Part shown: piece after piece, positions 45,246 to 64,000 of the stretch
How the letters are laid out: every line of letters starts with the position of its first letter
Numbering within the stretch: the stretch's first letter is position 1
Source of the DNA: the human T2T-CHM13v2.0 reference genome, Homo sapiens
Assembly (NCBI RefSeq): GCF_009914755.1
Contig: NC_060939.1
Reading direction: 5' to 3' (one strand)
DNA: 64,000 nt
Notes under the pieces: model-generated
Database searches by the model: none
What the model was told of the DNA's origin: nothing
What the model saw: only the letters and a program-made list of their open reading frames with translations
Program-made: the position numbers and the translations under genes

Positions 45246-46160
45246 GTAGTTATAGAAATGGGATACAAGTCCTGGACTTCTGACTCTAACACCTAAATAT
45301 TACAGGGAAGCAATATAATACTTCAAAGCACAAGCTTATTAGTCAGAAATACTTGACAGGTTTGACTCTCAGGTCCTCCATTTCCTACCTATATAATCTT
45401 TTTTCTTGGATTGTTTCTTAAACTTTCTTTTGTTACTATAAAATTCCCCAAACAAAAAGAAATGCTAATCATTCCATTATCAACCACAACGGTTCTCAAC
45501 ACGGAATATCAAAATCACCTATAAAGCCTTCCCAAATAAACATATACCAGAGGTAGGGTATACAAACAGTGAATTACAAACCTTACAATTTTATGAGAGA
45601 CAATAATTATGTTGGGGCATATAGAGTAATGCAAGAAACTTTTACAAAACTCTGGACAGAAAATTAAGGTACTTTTTACTTGTGTTAACAGCATTTTAAT
45701 TTCTTTAGATTAATGGAAGTTGACTAGTGATAGAGTAGGTCAGAGTGACACTAAACTGTTAGCAGTCTTCTTTCTGTTAGCTTTTTATTCTACCACCTTA
45801 CACAATCATCTTACCTCTAATAGTAAATCCTCAATACTTTCTATCTTGTCTAATGAATATTAAACTAGAAATCAGGTAAATAAATTCAATTTCTAAATTT
45901 TTTACTAAACAGTCATAAAAACCTCACAAACACCTCATCTCAGTTTCTCCAAATCTAGATTTGCCATCTCTTAGGATAATCAACTGTATTTTATACATTG
46001 TTGAGAATACTCTGAAGAATGCTACATAAAGCATTATTTCTGAAGCATATATTTAACTCAGTTATATTGAACAGTGTTATCAAGGAATAGTAAATAACTG
46101 GCAGATGTTGCCACTTACACTGCACGATCATGGCAGACATTACTAATTTACCATAACATT

Positions 46161-47014
<854 letters not shown>

Positions 47015-47104
47015 TTATTTGGTAATGTAAGAAAAAAGTTTAAACTTAAAAGGAGATAAAAAGCCAAAACAGCCAATAACAAAATTGAAAAGAATCACAC
47101 TCAC

Positions 47105-47226
47105 TTGCTTTCTTCATCCAAAAGATGAAGCAGTCCTGTTGGTTTTTTGCTAATAAGATTTATGCAGCAGGTATTATCAATGTAATCTATGTTGTGCCAG
47201 CTGATACCTTCAGTTCTATATTCCTC
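47105..47226 (-). CDS. MYO9A: MYO9A coding exon, 122 nt, phase 0/2: [40 protein letters not shown](N)
   Basis: Acceptor ttttctag|GAG, donor CAA|gtgagt; myosin EEY..EGI.W and G.L.LLDEE motifs. Confidence 0.97.
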
Positions 47227-49537
47227 CTAGAAAAACCAAAAAATAAAATAACAATTTATTCATCTTGCAGAAAATAGGTATATAATATAGATTGAAAAGC
47301 TTTTACCCTGCTTAAAATTCTAAGATTTTAAAAATCACCAATCCACACAATGAAAGAATGTATAATTTCAGTTGTACAAATCTTAATACAACGTATTTGT
47401 TTTCTCTTAAAAAGACATGCCACAAATTTTTTTTGTTAGAATGCCAGTTCTAAGTTCATTCTAATCAAAATGTAGGGCTAGATTTGTTTTAGTCTCACTA
47501 CCTGATGACTCCACTAAGTAAAAACGTACAATGAAGAAAAAAGGCTAATATCTCCCACATGACTTTAAGCCATCAAAAAGCACTATATTTCCTGGATTAT
47601 CAACAATGAATTTAATGAAACAATTTCTGGGAAAAGTGGGACCCCATCACCCTCCAGTAATTATATGGAATTCATACACACTAAACTTTGGCAAAATATA
47701 ATCTTTAGGACTTTTTTTTTTTTTTAAAGAAAAGGTTTTGAATTCTAAGGTTAAAAAACTCGAGGTTCAGGTCTTGAGTAACTACTTAAAATCATCTTAC
47801 AAAGCGCTCCATTTTTTCTTATTCTTTCCTGTATGGAGATATATTCTTCTATTCATCCTTGTGATACTTTCACTTTTTAGATGGTTTTTTTAAGGAAAAA
47901 ATGCACCTGAGAATGTAAAGGAGATATGTTTCTGCACTGCAGTGGTATTTAGGCATCAGGTAAAATATCCCATGTACCTAATTGTTTTAGCATTCACTTA
48001 CAGTACTTGCAGCACAAGTCAACTGCCAATCTGCAAATAGTGATTTTGAAATTCTTTTTTGTTGTTCTTTTTGATTTTGAAATTCCATCATTCTTTCTGT
48101 ATTCATTATTATCCAGTAAAGAAGAATGAACACTAACATAAACTATAGTTACTCTAACTAGGAAAGGTAAATACTTAATTCTTTTCTTTTAATTAACAAT
48201 TTCACACATAAGAAATAGTCATATAAAGGTCACTCCCCAATGGCAGTAAGAAAGGTATTTCCCCCCAATTTTTTGCAGCATGAAAAATATACACACTAGA
48301 TAGTATGAGCTTAATGATTTTTATAGGCATTACTAGAAGTCCAAAAGTCCTCCTCATTATCTCTTCCCAAGGACTATCCAAACCCTCCTACCCAAAGTCA
48401 GCTTCTAATACAATCAATAAGATTCCCCTATTTATAAATAGTATCTAAATGGAATCACATAACACATACTCATTTTGTCTCTTTTCTTTTTTCATTCAGC
48501 TAATGTTTCAGAGACACAACCATTTTGTTGGATGTACCTGAAGTTCATTCATTTTAATTGCATTGTGAAACAACACAATCACTCAGCTACATATTGTCTA
48601 TGGCTACTTTGTCAATGTAACAGCTGAGTTGAGACATATGGCCCAAAAAGCCTTAAAAGATCTGGCCCTTATAGAAAAAGTGTGCCAAACTCTGCTACAA
48701 AGCATTAGTTCTAAAACTTTAACATACAACGGAATCACAAGAACGGCTTGTTAAAAAACAAGAGTATTGGGACTCCATCCCCAGAATTTCTGCTTAAGTA
48801 GGTATAGAGTACTTAGAATTTTCATTTCTAAAAAGGTTCCAGGTGATGCTGATGCTATTATTGAGGAGAGAGAAGGAATAAACTTTGAGAATCACTGCTG
48901 TAGAGTATTCCATTGTATCTGTATACAATAACTTGTTCACCCATTCTACTTTTTTCTTTTTTTTTAAGAGACAGGATCTCTCTTTGTTGCCCAGGCTGGT
49001 CTCGAACTCCTGGCCTCAAGCAATCTCAAGCAATCCTCCCACAACACTGGGATTATAGGCACAAGTCAAGCCCCACTCTACTACTGATAGACACTGCTCT
49101 TAATTCTAATATTTGGTCATTAAAAATAACGTCTTATGACCATTTCCACACAAAACTTTTGGTGTGCATTTATACTTATCTTTGAGTGAAAACACAGGAT
49201 TATAAACTACATGTTTAACCACAGCAGATAATGCCAAACAGCATTCTGATGTGGTTGTGGCAATTTACATACCCACCCCAGCGTATGTCCCTATAGACAT
49301 ATCTCTCCAATACTCGTATTGTCTGTCTTTTTCATTTTAGTCATTTCGGTGAATGCCTACTAGTAGCTCATTGTGATTTTAGCTTTGATTTCCCTGATGA
49401 ATAACAAAGAAAAAACATTTTCCTATGTTTACTGCTCATTTGGATTTCCCCTTGTATGACGTGCTTGTATTCATGATAAAAACTCTTGGCTGGGCACAGT
49501 GTCTCACATCTGTAATTCCAATGCTTTGGGAGGCCTA

Positions 49538-49828
<291 letters not shown>

Positions 49829-50574
49829 TTAGTCTCAGAGGAAAAGCACTCAGTCTTTTTCATTCAATAAGATATTAGCTGTATTTTGTAGATGTCCTTT
49901 ATCAGAAAATCATTTTCTACTCCTAGTTTAAAAGAAAAAAAGGAATAGCTACACAGTTTTATCAACTGCTTTTTATATATCTCGAGATAACTGTGTTTTC
50001 TCCTTATTTATTAACAGATGATTAAATGGCTTGATTCAGTTAAATGTAAAGCACATGCTGAAAAAAAAATCTCCCTTTGGTTACAATGTATTATCCTTTT
50101 GTACATATTGATGGATTTTATTAATGTTTGTTTAGAATTTTTGTATCTGTGTTTATGAGTGAAACTGACCTATAATTTCCACTTCTAATATCCTTAACAG
50201 ATGTGTGTATCATTGTTATCCTGGCCCCCTAAAATGTACTGAGAATTGTCCTTTTTTCTATTCCACCTAACAGCTTATGTCAGACTGACACTCTTTCTTC
50301 TTTCCATGTTGGTATAATTTACCCGTGGAGCCACCATGGCTTGCAATGTTCTTCAGGGAAAGGTTTTAAATTACATATTCAATGTCATTAATAGTTATAG
50401 AAACAGATTTTCTATTTCTTCTATGTCAGTTTTGAAAAGCTCTTTTGTTCGTATCATTTGACAAGTCTATTAACATAAAGTTATTCAGTGTGTCTATCTT
50501 TTTAATATGTGTAGGATCCAGAGTAATACCCTCTATCACTGGGATTTTGGTTATTTATATCCCTCTCTCTGTCT

Positions 50575-50576
<2 letters not shown>

Positions 50577-50606
<30 letters not shown>
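50577..50606. repeat. (TC)15 microsatellite
   Basis: Direct reading. Confidence 0.9.
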
Positions 50607-50608
<2 letters not shown>

Positions 50609-50938
50609 ATGAATTCCTTGAGGGGTTCATCAATATTATTAGCCCTTTCAAAGTATTACTTTTGGTTTGGTTGATCCTCTCCCATGGTATATTTGTTTTC
50701 ACACTTTTATTAATTTCCTCTTTTATCTCTATTATTTCATTTTCTCTACTTTCCTCTGGTTTAGTTTGCTGATCTTTTTCCCAACTGTTGACAGGGATCA
50801 CTGATTTTAAACAAAAATCTTCTAAGAGCTATGAAATGTTCTTCTAAGTATAGCTTTAGGCATTTCCCATAGTTTTAATATGTAACGTGTCATTAGGTAC
50901 AATATATTTTCTAATTGTTCAACCTCTAGCCTATTTAG

Positions 50939-50971
<33 letters not shown>

Positions 50972-52964
50972 GGACAGAGTCTCACTCTGTCGCCCAGGCT
51001 GGAGTGCAGTGGCCCAATCTCAGCTCACTGCAAGCTCCGCCTCGCGGGTTCACACCATTCTCCTGCCTCACCCTCCTGAGTAGCTGGGACTACAGGGGCC
51101 TGCCACCATGCCTGGCTAACTTTTTTGTATTTTTAGTAAAGACGGGGTTTCACCGTGTTAGCCAGGATGGTCTCGATATCCTGACCTCGTGATCTGCCCA
51201 CCTCAGCCTCCCAAAGTGCTGGGATTACAGGCGTGAGCCACCGTGCCCAGCCTAGAATATTTCTTAATTTTTAATCATATAGGTATTTTTCAGTTATTTT
51301 TTAGTTACTGATTTCAGGTATAATTTTATTATGGTATTAAAATCTGTGTCATTTCAATCCTTGGAAATCTGACTTTCGCTTTATGGTCCAGGATATAAAC
51401 AAATTTTGTAAATATCCCACGCAAACTTGAAAAAAAAGTGCATTCTGCAGCTGTTGATGCAGTGTTCTATGCATATCAGTTATATATTTGATTTTTAAAT
51501 CTTCTATATCCTTAATTGATTAGGTTTCAGGCCTAAGGGCAGGAAACTGACATTCTGCTCTGAAGGACAGTCAGTGATGGATGCCCACAAAGGCACTAAT
51601 CTCATCTTCTAGATATTTTAAATCTTCTGTATCCTTACCAACTTTTTGAACACTTATTCTATCAGCAAGTCAGCATGGTATGTTAAAACATTCCACTATG
51701 ATGGTAAATATATTTTTCTTTTTTGAGTTTTATTCATTATTGCTTTATATATTTTGAGGTTCTGCTATCAGGTGCTTATAAATTTTGGACTGTATACTAC
51801 TTCCCAAGGAAGTGAATAATGCTAAAGGGTAACATTATTAAATATTCCTTTTTATCTCTAGTAATGCTTGAAATATGATATTAATATAGCTACAACTGCT
51901 TTTTTTCTTAAGGTTTACTAAATCTTTGCTCATCCTTTTAATCTTTCTATATACTTATATTTAAAATGTCTCTCATAAGCAACAATCAGTTTAGTTTTGT
52001 ATTATATCTAGTCTGACAATCTTTAGCTTCTAGTTAGAGCAATGAATCAATTATATTTAATGTAATCACTAATATTTGTGAGATTAAATCAAACACCTTA
52101 CTACTTGTTCTTTGACTTTCATGGCATTCCTTTTATTTCTTGCTTTCTTCTGGATTGAGTGTTCTTATTTTACTTATCCTCTGTATTTTTTTTCAAGTTT
52201 TATATTATTTTACTATTTTTGGCAATTCTAGAAAACATGTATCCTTAACTTATCACTAACAGAAATAATATCTCTGTAACTTAGCATTTAATACAAAGAT
52301 CTTAGAGTATCTTAAATTCTATTTACTCCTAACTTATATGCTATTACTGTCATGTATTTTAGTTACATTTAAACATTAAATAGTTTTTTATTTTTTTTAT
52401 TTCTTTTTTTTTTTTTTTTTTTTTTTTGAGATGGAGTCTCGCTCTGTCACCCAGGATGGAGTGCAATAGCGTGATCTCAGCTCACTGGAACTTCCGCGAA
52501 CCCTTCCCAGCTACAAGCAATTCTCCTGCCTCAGCCTCCTGAGTAGCTGGGATTGCAGGCGGCTGCCACCACGCCCTGCTAATTTTTGTAGCTTTAGTAG
52601 AGTCGGGGTTTCACCATGTTGGCCAGGCTGGTCTCACACTCCTGACCTCAGGTGATCCACCTGCCTCAGCCTCCCAAAGTGCTGGGATTACAGGCGTGAG
52701 CCACCACGCCCAGCCTAAATAGTTCTATTTAAGCCATAAAAGTTATTTTTAACTTTGCCTCATTAATATTCATTTAGATTCAACGACTTTTTTATAATTT
52801 TCATTGCTCTTCATTCCTTCCTGTACCTGAGCTACAATAGGAAACAACTTGCTGCCTAAACAATATACCTTGGTTTTAAGGAAAATATGCCATTGTCTCC
52901 TAGCTTCCACTATTTCCACTGAAAGGCTGACTGCCAAGTCTTATTGTTGTATCTTTAAAGATAG

Positions 52965-53250
52965 AGATGTCCCTGACTTACGATGATTCAACTTTACAAT
53001 GGGGTGAAACTGTCATAATTTCTGCAGACTTTATCTTTGCCTAGGCTGGTGATATGTGGTACATGAGATATTCAACATTTTTACTATAAAATAGGTATTG
53101 TGTTAGATGATTTTGCCCAACTGTAGGCTAATGTAAGTGTTCTGAGCACATTTAATGTCCTGCACATTTAAGGTAGGCTATGTCAAGTTATGATGCTTGG
53201 TAGTTTAGATGCATTAAATGCATTTTTGACTTAAAATATTTTCAGCTTGG
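52965..53250. mobile_element. Tigger4-type (Zombi) MITE
   Basis: gacttacgatg...gtgttctgagcacattt...aaggtaggcta...taaatgcatttttgactt. Confidence 0.7.
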
Positions 53251-53723
53251 CAAGGAGCAACTGTAGTCTCTGGTTTCCTCTAGCTGCTTTTTAGACTTTT
53301 TTCATTGTCTTTGGTTTAGTATAATTTTCTAGGTATAAATATCTTTGTATTTAACATGCCTTGGATTCTTAAAGAGCTTTTCAAATGTATGCTTGTTGGG
53401 TTTGTTTTTTTGTTTTGACAGTTTTGGAACATTCTCAACCATTATGTCTTCAAACACGGCTTCTAACTTATTCTACGTCTCTCATACACATCTTTCCAAA
53501 ATTCCTATGGCACATGTTAGACCTTTTTACTATGCTCTTAGAGTATAAGTCTCTTTCTTATCTTCATTCATTAGGCTCAGTATTTTCTTCTGGTCTATCT
53601 TCCAATTTACTAATTTTACTAACCTGTATCTTACTATTAAAAACCATCTGTGTCTTTTCAATTTCACAGTACTTTTTAGTTCTAGGTTTTCCCCAATTTG
53701 GGATTTTTAAAAGTAATTTGTAG

Positions 53724-54056
<333 letters not shown>

Positions 54057-54981
54057 TGACCAGGCTGGTCTTGAACTCCTGACCTCAAGTGATCCACCTG
54101 CCTCAGCCCCCTAAAGTGCTGGGATTACAGACGTGAGCCACCATGCCCGGCCACATTTCTCGTGGTTTTTATTCATGCTGGTTTGCCTCCATGTATGTCT
54201 TTATGTCTCTGTCTGTCTCTCTCTCTCTCTGTTTTGGACTGAGTGTTAGATCCTGTATATGAAAAATTATAAAGATAATTTTAGCAGTTGGATGATGTCT
54301 TCTTCTGGTGGAGATTGTATTTGCTCTTGGCAGGTGGTTAAGAATACTACAAATTGTATTTTAACCTAATTGGGAACTGAGATGATTTTAAACTGGGCTT
54401 CAGTCCTTCTGATGCCAGGTTTACTTCTGATTTACTTTTGTCTGAGATGTAACCCTTTAGGGATCTCAACCTAAAGCCTATAGGAATTACCAAGGGCCTC
54501 CTCCTTATTTTTGAGTCAGAAGAAAACCCTGCTCAATTCCTCATACTCTCAAGCCTGGCCCTTTTAGAATCAGAAACACTACAAAAATAACGAAATGTCT
54601 CTAGGAACAAAGCAGCACCCAAATGCTGGGCTCACTTCCCTAGATTTCTTTCTTATAGTCTAGGCCCTGTAAAACTTATTTGAAGGTACTCCAATGCCTT
54701 CAAATATATGTTGTTGAAGTTTTTTGGTTGTTCTCCAAGGTAAGGTTCATCAAAAGTTTCTAGTCTGACAACAACAAGTAAAATGGATGAAACAAAAACT
54801 TGCTAGATTATGAGCTCCTCAAATAAGATCCCTGCACTCTAAATTTTCTATCTTCTATGCTTAGCACACTGCCTGGCACACAACTGTTGTTCAATTTACT
54901 GATGAATCAATCAAATGAAGAGTAATTCTCAGCAAGTAAGGAAAAGAAAAAAGAGGGCAGTAATACAAGTAACAGAAAACA

Positions 54982-55292
54982 TACAATTGGCCCTCCATAT
55001 CTGCAAAAGTTTCCACATTTGTAGATCCAACCGACCACATATCAAAAATATTTAGAGAAAAAAATGCAAAAAATATAAACTTAGAAACAGTATAGCAACT
55101 ATTTACATACCATTTACAGTGTATTAAGTATAAGAAACTGAGAGATGATCTAAAGTATACTGGAGAATGTGCATAGGTTATGTGCAAATACTATGCCATT
55201 TTACATAAGGGACTTGAGCATCTGTGGATTTTGGTATTCTTCAGCAGGGGGTCCTGAAACCAATCCCCTGTGGATACCCAGGGATGGCTGTA
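54982..55292 (-). mobile_element. MER2 (Tigger-family) element
   Basis: TA-flanked TIRs caattggccctc...agggatggctg; ggtcctgaaaccaatcccctgtggatac. Confidence 0.8.
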
Positions 55293-55387
55293 CTTTCAAA
55301 TATCAGAAACCTCTTTGGGTCTGTCTCTTAGTCTACATTACAGTCTCTACCACTACCTTGATTCAGTTCAGAATCACTCACCCATTC

Positions 55388-56216
55388 TACAGTCATGTGC
55401 CACACAAACACATTTCAGTCAAGAACCAACTGCATATACAACAGGGATCCCTAATCTCACGAAAAATTCATATTATCTACTGACGTCTTGATCCTGACCC
55501 TGTGTAGGCCTATGCTAATATGCTATGGTAATATGTATGTATACATGCTAACATGTATGTATGTGTCTTTGCTTTTAACAAAAAAGTTTTTAAAGTTTTA
55601 AAAAATTTTAATAGAAAGAGGGCTTATAATTATATAAAGAGAAAACATTTTTGTACAGCTGTACAATGTGTTTGTGTTTTAAATGGCTACTACAAAAGTC
55701 AAAAAGTTAAAAAAGTTTATAAAGTAAAAACATTACAGTAGGCTCAGGTTAATTTATTACAAAAAAATTAATAAATTTAGTGTAACTTAAGTGTACAGTG
55801 TTTATAAAGTCTAACTAGTGTGTGTACAGTAATGTCCTAGGCCTTTATCACCACTCACCCAACATCTCACCCAGAGTAACCTCCAGTCCTGCAAGCTCTA
55901 ATCATGGGAGGTGCCCTATGTAACTGTACTATTTTTTATCTTTTATATTGTATTTTTACTGTATCTTTTCTATGTTTAGATACATTTAGATACACAAATA
56001 CTTACCATTGTGTTGCAGTTGCCTACAATATTCAGTGTAGCATGCTGTACAGGTTTGTGGCCTAGGAGCAATAGGCTATATCATATAGCCTAGGTGTGTA
56101 GGAGGCTATACCAACTAGGTTTGTGTAAATACAGGATGATGTTCATACAACAGCAAAATCACCTAATGATGCATTTCTCAGAACATATCCTCATCATTAA
56201 GTGACACATGACAGTA
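55388..56216. mobile_element. Tigger3 (Golem)-type element
   Basis: TIRs ta-cagtcatgtgcc ... gtgacacatgacag-ta; cctaggagcaataggctata. Confidence 0.8.
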
Positions 56217-57762
56217 CTTCAACTAGTTCATAGATTTTTCTCCTTCTTTCCAGTTCACTGCTCTTCAGTTCAATTCAAGTCCTCTGCTAAATATACTTCA
56301 AATAGCTTCTCATTGTCTGAAAAATTCTAATCTTCCCTGCATGACATATAAGTCCACTGTTTTAAGTACAATGTGTATAATGTTACCTTTGCCTAAAATA
56401 TCTTTTCCCATTGACAATCTAGTGAGCTTCAGCTCACTATTTGAAATTATATGCCAGAATCAACCCTGGAAAATTTTTGCAGCCTTTCAGGTAGTTCCAA
56501 TCAACCCCATCCTTTGTGTAACTACTTTACCTTATATCTGATTATAGCATTTACATCCTGCATGGCAATTATTACATCTCTCTCCCATCCTATATGCCTA
56601 TGTACTCCTTTTGGACAAAATTTAGAACCAAACCACAGTCATCATATTGAAGATTTTTCCTACAAATGTACCTGTGATACTGTACCTTCTTTTTAAAAAT
56701 TTTAACCTTAACTTATTTTATACTCAACTGAACTTAACAAGTAATCACTGAGTACCCATTTCATACCAGTTACCAATGAGGTACATATAAATAAGACACT
56801 TAACAAGATTCTGATCCATAATTGCACCACATTGCCCAAAATGCTGACATTCAGGGTAGCAAGTAAATGAGAATCACCCATCTTCCAAGTAGTTTTGAAC
56901 ACATTTTCCATAAACTCTAAGGTTTTTTATTTTTATATATAATACGTTTATGGCCAAGGCATTTCTTCTGGCTGTCTAATCTAGACTTCTAGAAAAGAAT
57001 AATTTCAGTTTACAATAAAGAATGCTTGTCTTTTTCAAAATCAATTTAACCAATGTTCTGTTTAATGATCCACAGAGCAACTGATGTTCTGCTCTGTAAA
57101 ATATAGAACCCAGAAAACTAAATGCATTCCCTCACCCTTCTAACACATGTACTTATTTGCAAGAGATAAAGAATATTAACTTAGTATGATTTATGTAAGA
57201 GTTTTGGACTGATTCAATAGACATGGATGGCAATCCCAGCTTAGCTTTTGATTAAAAGAAAATATTATAGAGCCAGAGTGTTAAGGTTTGAATACTGGCT
57301 TTAGACAACATCTGAAAAACTAGAATAAAAACAGTACTGACTGATAAGTAACACTACATAACTCGTAAGTGTTAGCTAATATTATAACAAATAATATCTT
57401 TCCAAAGCTCTAGGGTAGCATCTAGCTAACAGATTATATGTTTAAAACTTTAAGCATTCATCAAGTTGGCCAGGACTAATATTGTCATGCTATTGTTAAC
57501 CAGCCATTATGTCCTTTAAGCAAAATAGAGGCACTTTTTTAAAAAGCTAAGACAGCAACAAGATCCAATGATAGGAGACTTGATGATATAAAGATCTTTT
57601 CTCCCTCTTTTCTGTAGACCTGCTAGCTGTTGTAGTCTTTCTGTTCATTCTCTATTCTTAACTATTTCCCTTGAGTTCAGTTTGATGAAACCTGTGTCTG
57701 CCTATGTCCTCATACACAAATTCTGGGGTACAATGTAAACCTATTACTGATTTCAACCTTAG

Positions 57763-58122
<360 letters not shown>

Positions 58123-58304
58123 AAAAGCACACTCTTTTTATACTAACTTAATCAATCTTGAGATCCTCATAAGAAATATCTAGTTACCCATCTTGGTCTC
58201 TCCATACCTAGTTTCTTTGTATCTACACTCTGTACTGACTTGAGATTCTGTTAAGCTCCTCTATCTCATCCTAGAACTAAGAGACCAAAGCAATCAAACA
58301 AGCA

Positions 58305-58508
58305 TACAGTTGGCCCTCCATATCCTCGAGGGATTGGTTCCAGGACTCCCTGTGGATACCAAATCCACAGATGCGCAAGTCTCTTATATAAAATGGCTTA
58401 GTACAGTCAGCCCTCTGTATATGCAGGTTTGTATCAGTAGTTTTGTATCAGCCATGGGTTGAATGCTTGGATGTAAAACCCAAAGATAAGGAGGACTGAC
58501 TGACTGTA
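58305..58508 (+). mobile_element. MER2-related MITE
   Basis: tacagttggccctcc...gggattggttccaggac...gactgta. Confidence 0.7.
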
Positions 58509-58676
58509 CTTAGCATTACACACAGTGACCAAGCCCATGGTAGCAATTAAAAATCAACACCATTGTTTCCAAACCCCTGTGTGAAAGAAAAAGAAAAAAG
58601 AAAAAAACAATCAACACCAGCAATAAAAACAAAACAAAACACACACACACATCTTTTTAATCAAAGGTTCATTCAA

Positions 58677-59705
<1,029 letters not shown>

Positions 59706-60037
59706 GACAAGATTTAAAATGCTTATTATGTGCTCTCCACTCTTTTAGTAAAATATCACAACTGATATTATGATAAACAATTGAAGCTACCAGACTACTC
59801 TGTTTTATCTCACATTTCTAATCCCATCAGTTGAGTTTACATAAACAAAGAGGCAACGGTATTTGTTCCCAAGCCAATTTACTTCGGTTATTCTTGTTTG
59901 TAAAGGCACGTTTCAATATTTAATAAAAACACTATGTAAATCAATAAAATGTGTGAAAAAATGAAGTGAATTATTATGAATATGACTCAAAGATATGTGT
60001 GATGGGGGGACAAGTGTATACATATTTAGGTACTCAC

Positions 60038-60172
60038 TTGTTCCAATTTAAAGATATGCTGATTAAAGTAGTGCTGTAAACGTTCATTAGCAAAATTAAT
60101 ACAGAACTGTTCAAAGCTGTTATTTTCATAATCTTCAAACCCAAAAATATCAAGAACACCAATAGACAATGT
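60038..60172 (-). CDS. MYO9A: MYO9A coding exon, 135 nt, phase 0/0: [45 protein letters not shown] (switch II and relay helix)
   Basis: Acceptor ttttacag|ACA, donor CAA|gtgagt; canonical DIFGFE switch-II motif. Confidence 0.97.
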
Positions 60173-60692
60173 CTGTAAAACAAGAGAAAGTTTTGATTAA
60201 AAGTAATGTTTAAATTTATTTAATGAATAATATCCACAACATAAGTAACAAAATGCTCAATTCCTCTAAAGCAGTGTACAGGGGATTGTGTTTGGCCAGT
60301 ATTCAAAACATATCATGACTTAAAAGTATTTTAGTTATCTTTATCTTACTTTTATCCTAATTAAAAAAATATATCCAAACTGTTAATACATATAATCTAT
60401 AGATTACAGAAATATGTGAAGCAAGGTTAGTGGCCTTTTATCTTAAGAAACCTCAGAAATCCCTAACATCTTAAAGGGAATGGAAAAAAACAGAGGGTGA
60501 GGAAATCAAAAGGTTATTTCAATGAAGGATCAAGAGAGGTAGGTTACTCCTGGCTATACCAAGAGGACAATGCAATTTTTCCTATTTCGACTTCTACATC
60601 CCAATAAATAGAATTCTTCATTAAGAACCAAACTAGTATATTTTATCAGCCTCATGAAGACTGAGTGAAACTAGATGTCAGAACGTATGGTT

Positions 60693-60988
60693 TCTTTTTT
60701 ATTTTTGAGACGGAGTCTCGATCTGTCGCCCAGGCTGGAGTACAGTGACGTGATCTCAGTTCACTGTAACCTCTGCCACCGGGGTTCATGCGATTCTCTT
60801 GCCTCAGCCTCACCAGCAGCTGGGTTTACCATGGCATGCACCACCATTCTGGCTAATTTTTTGTATTTTTGGTAGAGACTGGTTTCACCACGTTGGCCGG
60901 TCTGGTATCAAACTCCTGAGTGCAGGTGATCCACCCGCCTCGGCCTCCCAAAGTGCTGGGATTACAGGCGTGAGCCACCGTGCCCGGC
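60693..60988 (-). mobile_element. AluS with diverged TSD (cagaac[g/a]ta[t/c]ggtttc)
   Basis: Full antisense Alu. Confidence 0.9.
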
Positions 60989-61699
60989 CAGAACATACGG
61001 TTTCGTAAAGTTAAAAATATTTATTAAAAAAAAAAAGTATGAGGTTTAAAATGTTGAATAGTGCTAAAAGGATTACAACAAAAGACAGCAATCCCTGCCT
61101 CATCATCAAGATCTGCTCCCTAAAGTCAACCACATTCAAATCTTTCAGCTGTTTGGTAGAATACAGAACATAAATGCTTATATTCTTCTATTGCACTTCT
61201 AGGAATAATCTAACTTCTTACTGTGGATTTGGCTCTAATACCTGCATATGAACACTTTTCTCACCACCCCAACCCATTCTAGAAATACAGTTGTATGACA
61301 ATTTTGGTTAAATGAAAATAATTTTTCTCCACTGGTGCTAAGAGATACAACGGGCAAACTGATATGATGAATGAAAAATAGTAAGATCTTTTTTAAAAGC
61401 CTGTACTAAGAGTATTTTGTTTAATTCTGCTAAGTCTAGGCCCTTAAAAAAATTAAAATAATGCCCTTCAAAAATAAATCAATTTGATAAATTAGATTAC
61501 AATTTAAATTAATTTTTATGACTGTGAGTTTACCTGAAGCATGAAAAATTAACATAAGAGCAATTTCACATTTAAGGCAATAGGATTAAATTTAAAAGGT
61601 GACATTTTTAATCAGTCTGACAAGGTGGACTAGTCCATGAAGGCTGCCCAGAAAACACAACTAGATGTGAAATGATTAAATACCTATAATCTGCCATAT

Positions 61700-63335
<1,636 letters not shown>

Positions 63336-63404
63336 TTCATGTATTAACCAGTTTATTAAAATAGCTTTCAGGGAAAAACATATTATAATCCAATATATCA
63401 TTAC

Positions 63405-63521
63405 CTTGGTATTATGCTCTAAATCTTTACTATTCAGAAGTGCATGATTAATTCGAAAAACTATCCAGTCAAACAGGGCACTATACAGAGACTTAGCCAT
63501 GGAGTTCCTCACTGTCACAGC
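63405..63521 (-). CDS. MYO9A: MYO9A coding exon, 117 nt, phase 0/0: [39 protein letters not shown]
   Basis: Acceptor gtttttcag|GCT, donor AAG|gtaatg; myosin [14 protein letters not shown] motif; core of ORF 63330..63602. Confidence 0.96.
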
Positions 63522-63663
63522 CTGAAAAACAAAAGCATTACAAGTGCATGTAGAATTGACAATGATTAAGATACTATGACAAAGTTGTTTGCTCCCATTC
63601 AAGAAAGAAACTTACTATCCTGAATTAGAAATGAATTTTTCTCTCAAAATAAAAAATCTATAA

Positions 63664-63967
<304 letters not shown>

Positions 63968-64000
63968 AATTGAAGTTTTCCACATGTACTCATTCAATTA

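Overview
Primate (human-type) genomic DNA lying entirely inside MYO9A (class IX myosin), transcribed on the minus strand. Nine GT-AG coding exons (63521 down to 2562; 117, 135, 122, 142, 196, 120, 76, 144 and 40 nt) join into one open 364-codon frame. It covers the motor-domain switch-II/relay region and most of the class-IX loop-2 insertion. From memory these are about exons 10-18, which needs checking. Introns are dense in repeats: more than 35 Alus or Alu fragments, old L1/L2/MIR, Tigger/MER DNA transposons, MaLR LTRs, and a two-LTR MER21/ERVL-type provirus (40679-45245) with PBS, PPT, 5-bp TSD and integrase/dUTPase remnants. No prokaryotic features and no independent novel gene can be supported. 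The best lead is a repeat-free island (~18980-22640) around the 120-nt loop-2 exon. It holds clustered RBFOX motifs and several candidate cryptic exons (poison exon, microexon, terminal exon), which suggests a splicing module tuning or truncating loop 2. This is inference and needs RNA data. Repeat subfamily names are by eye and repeat boundaries are approximate.
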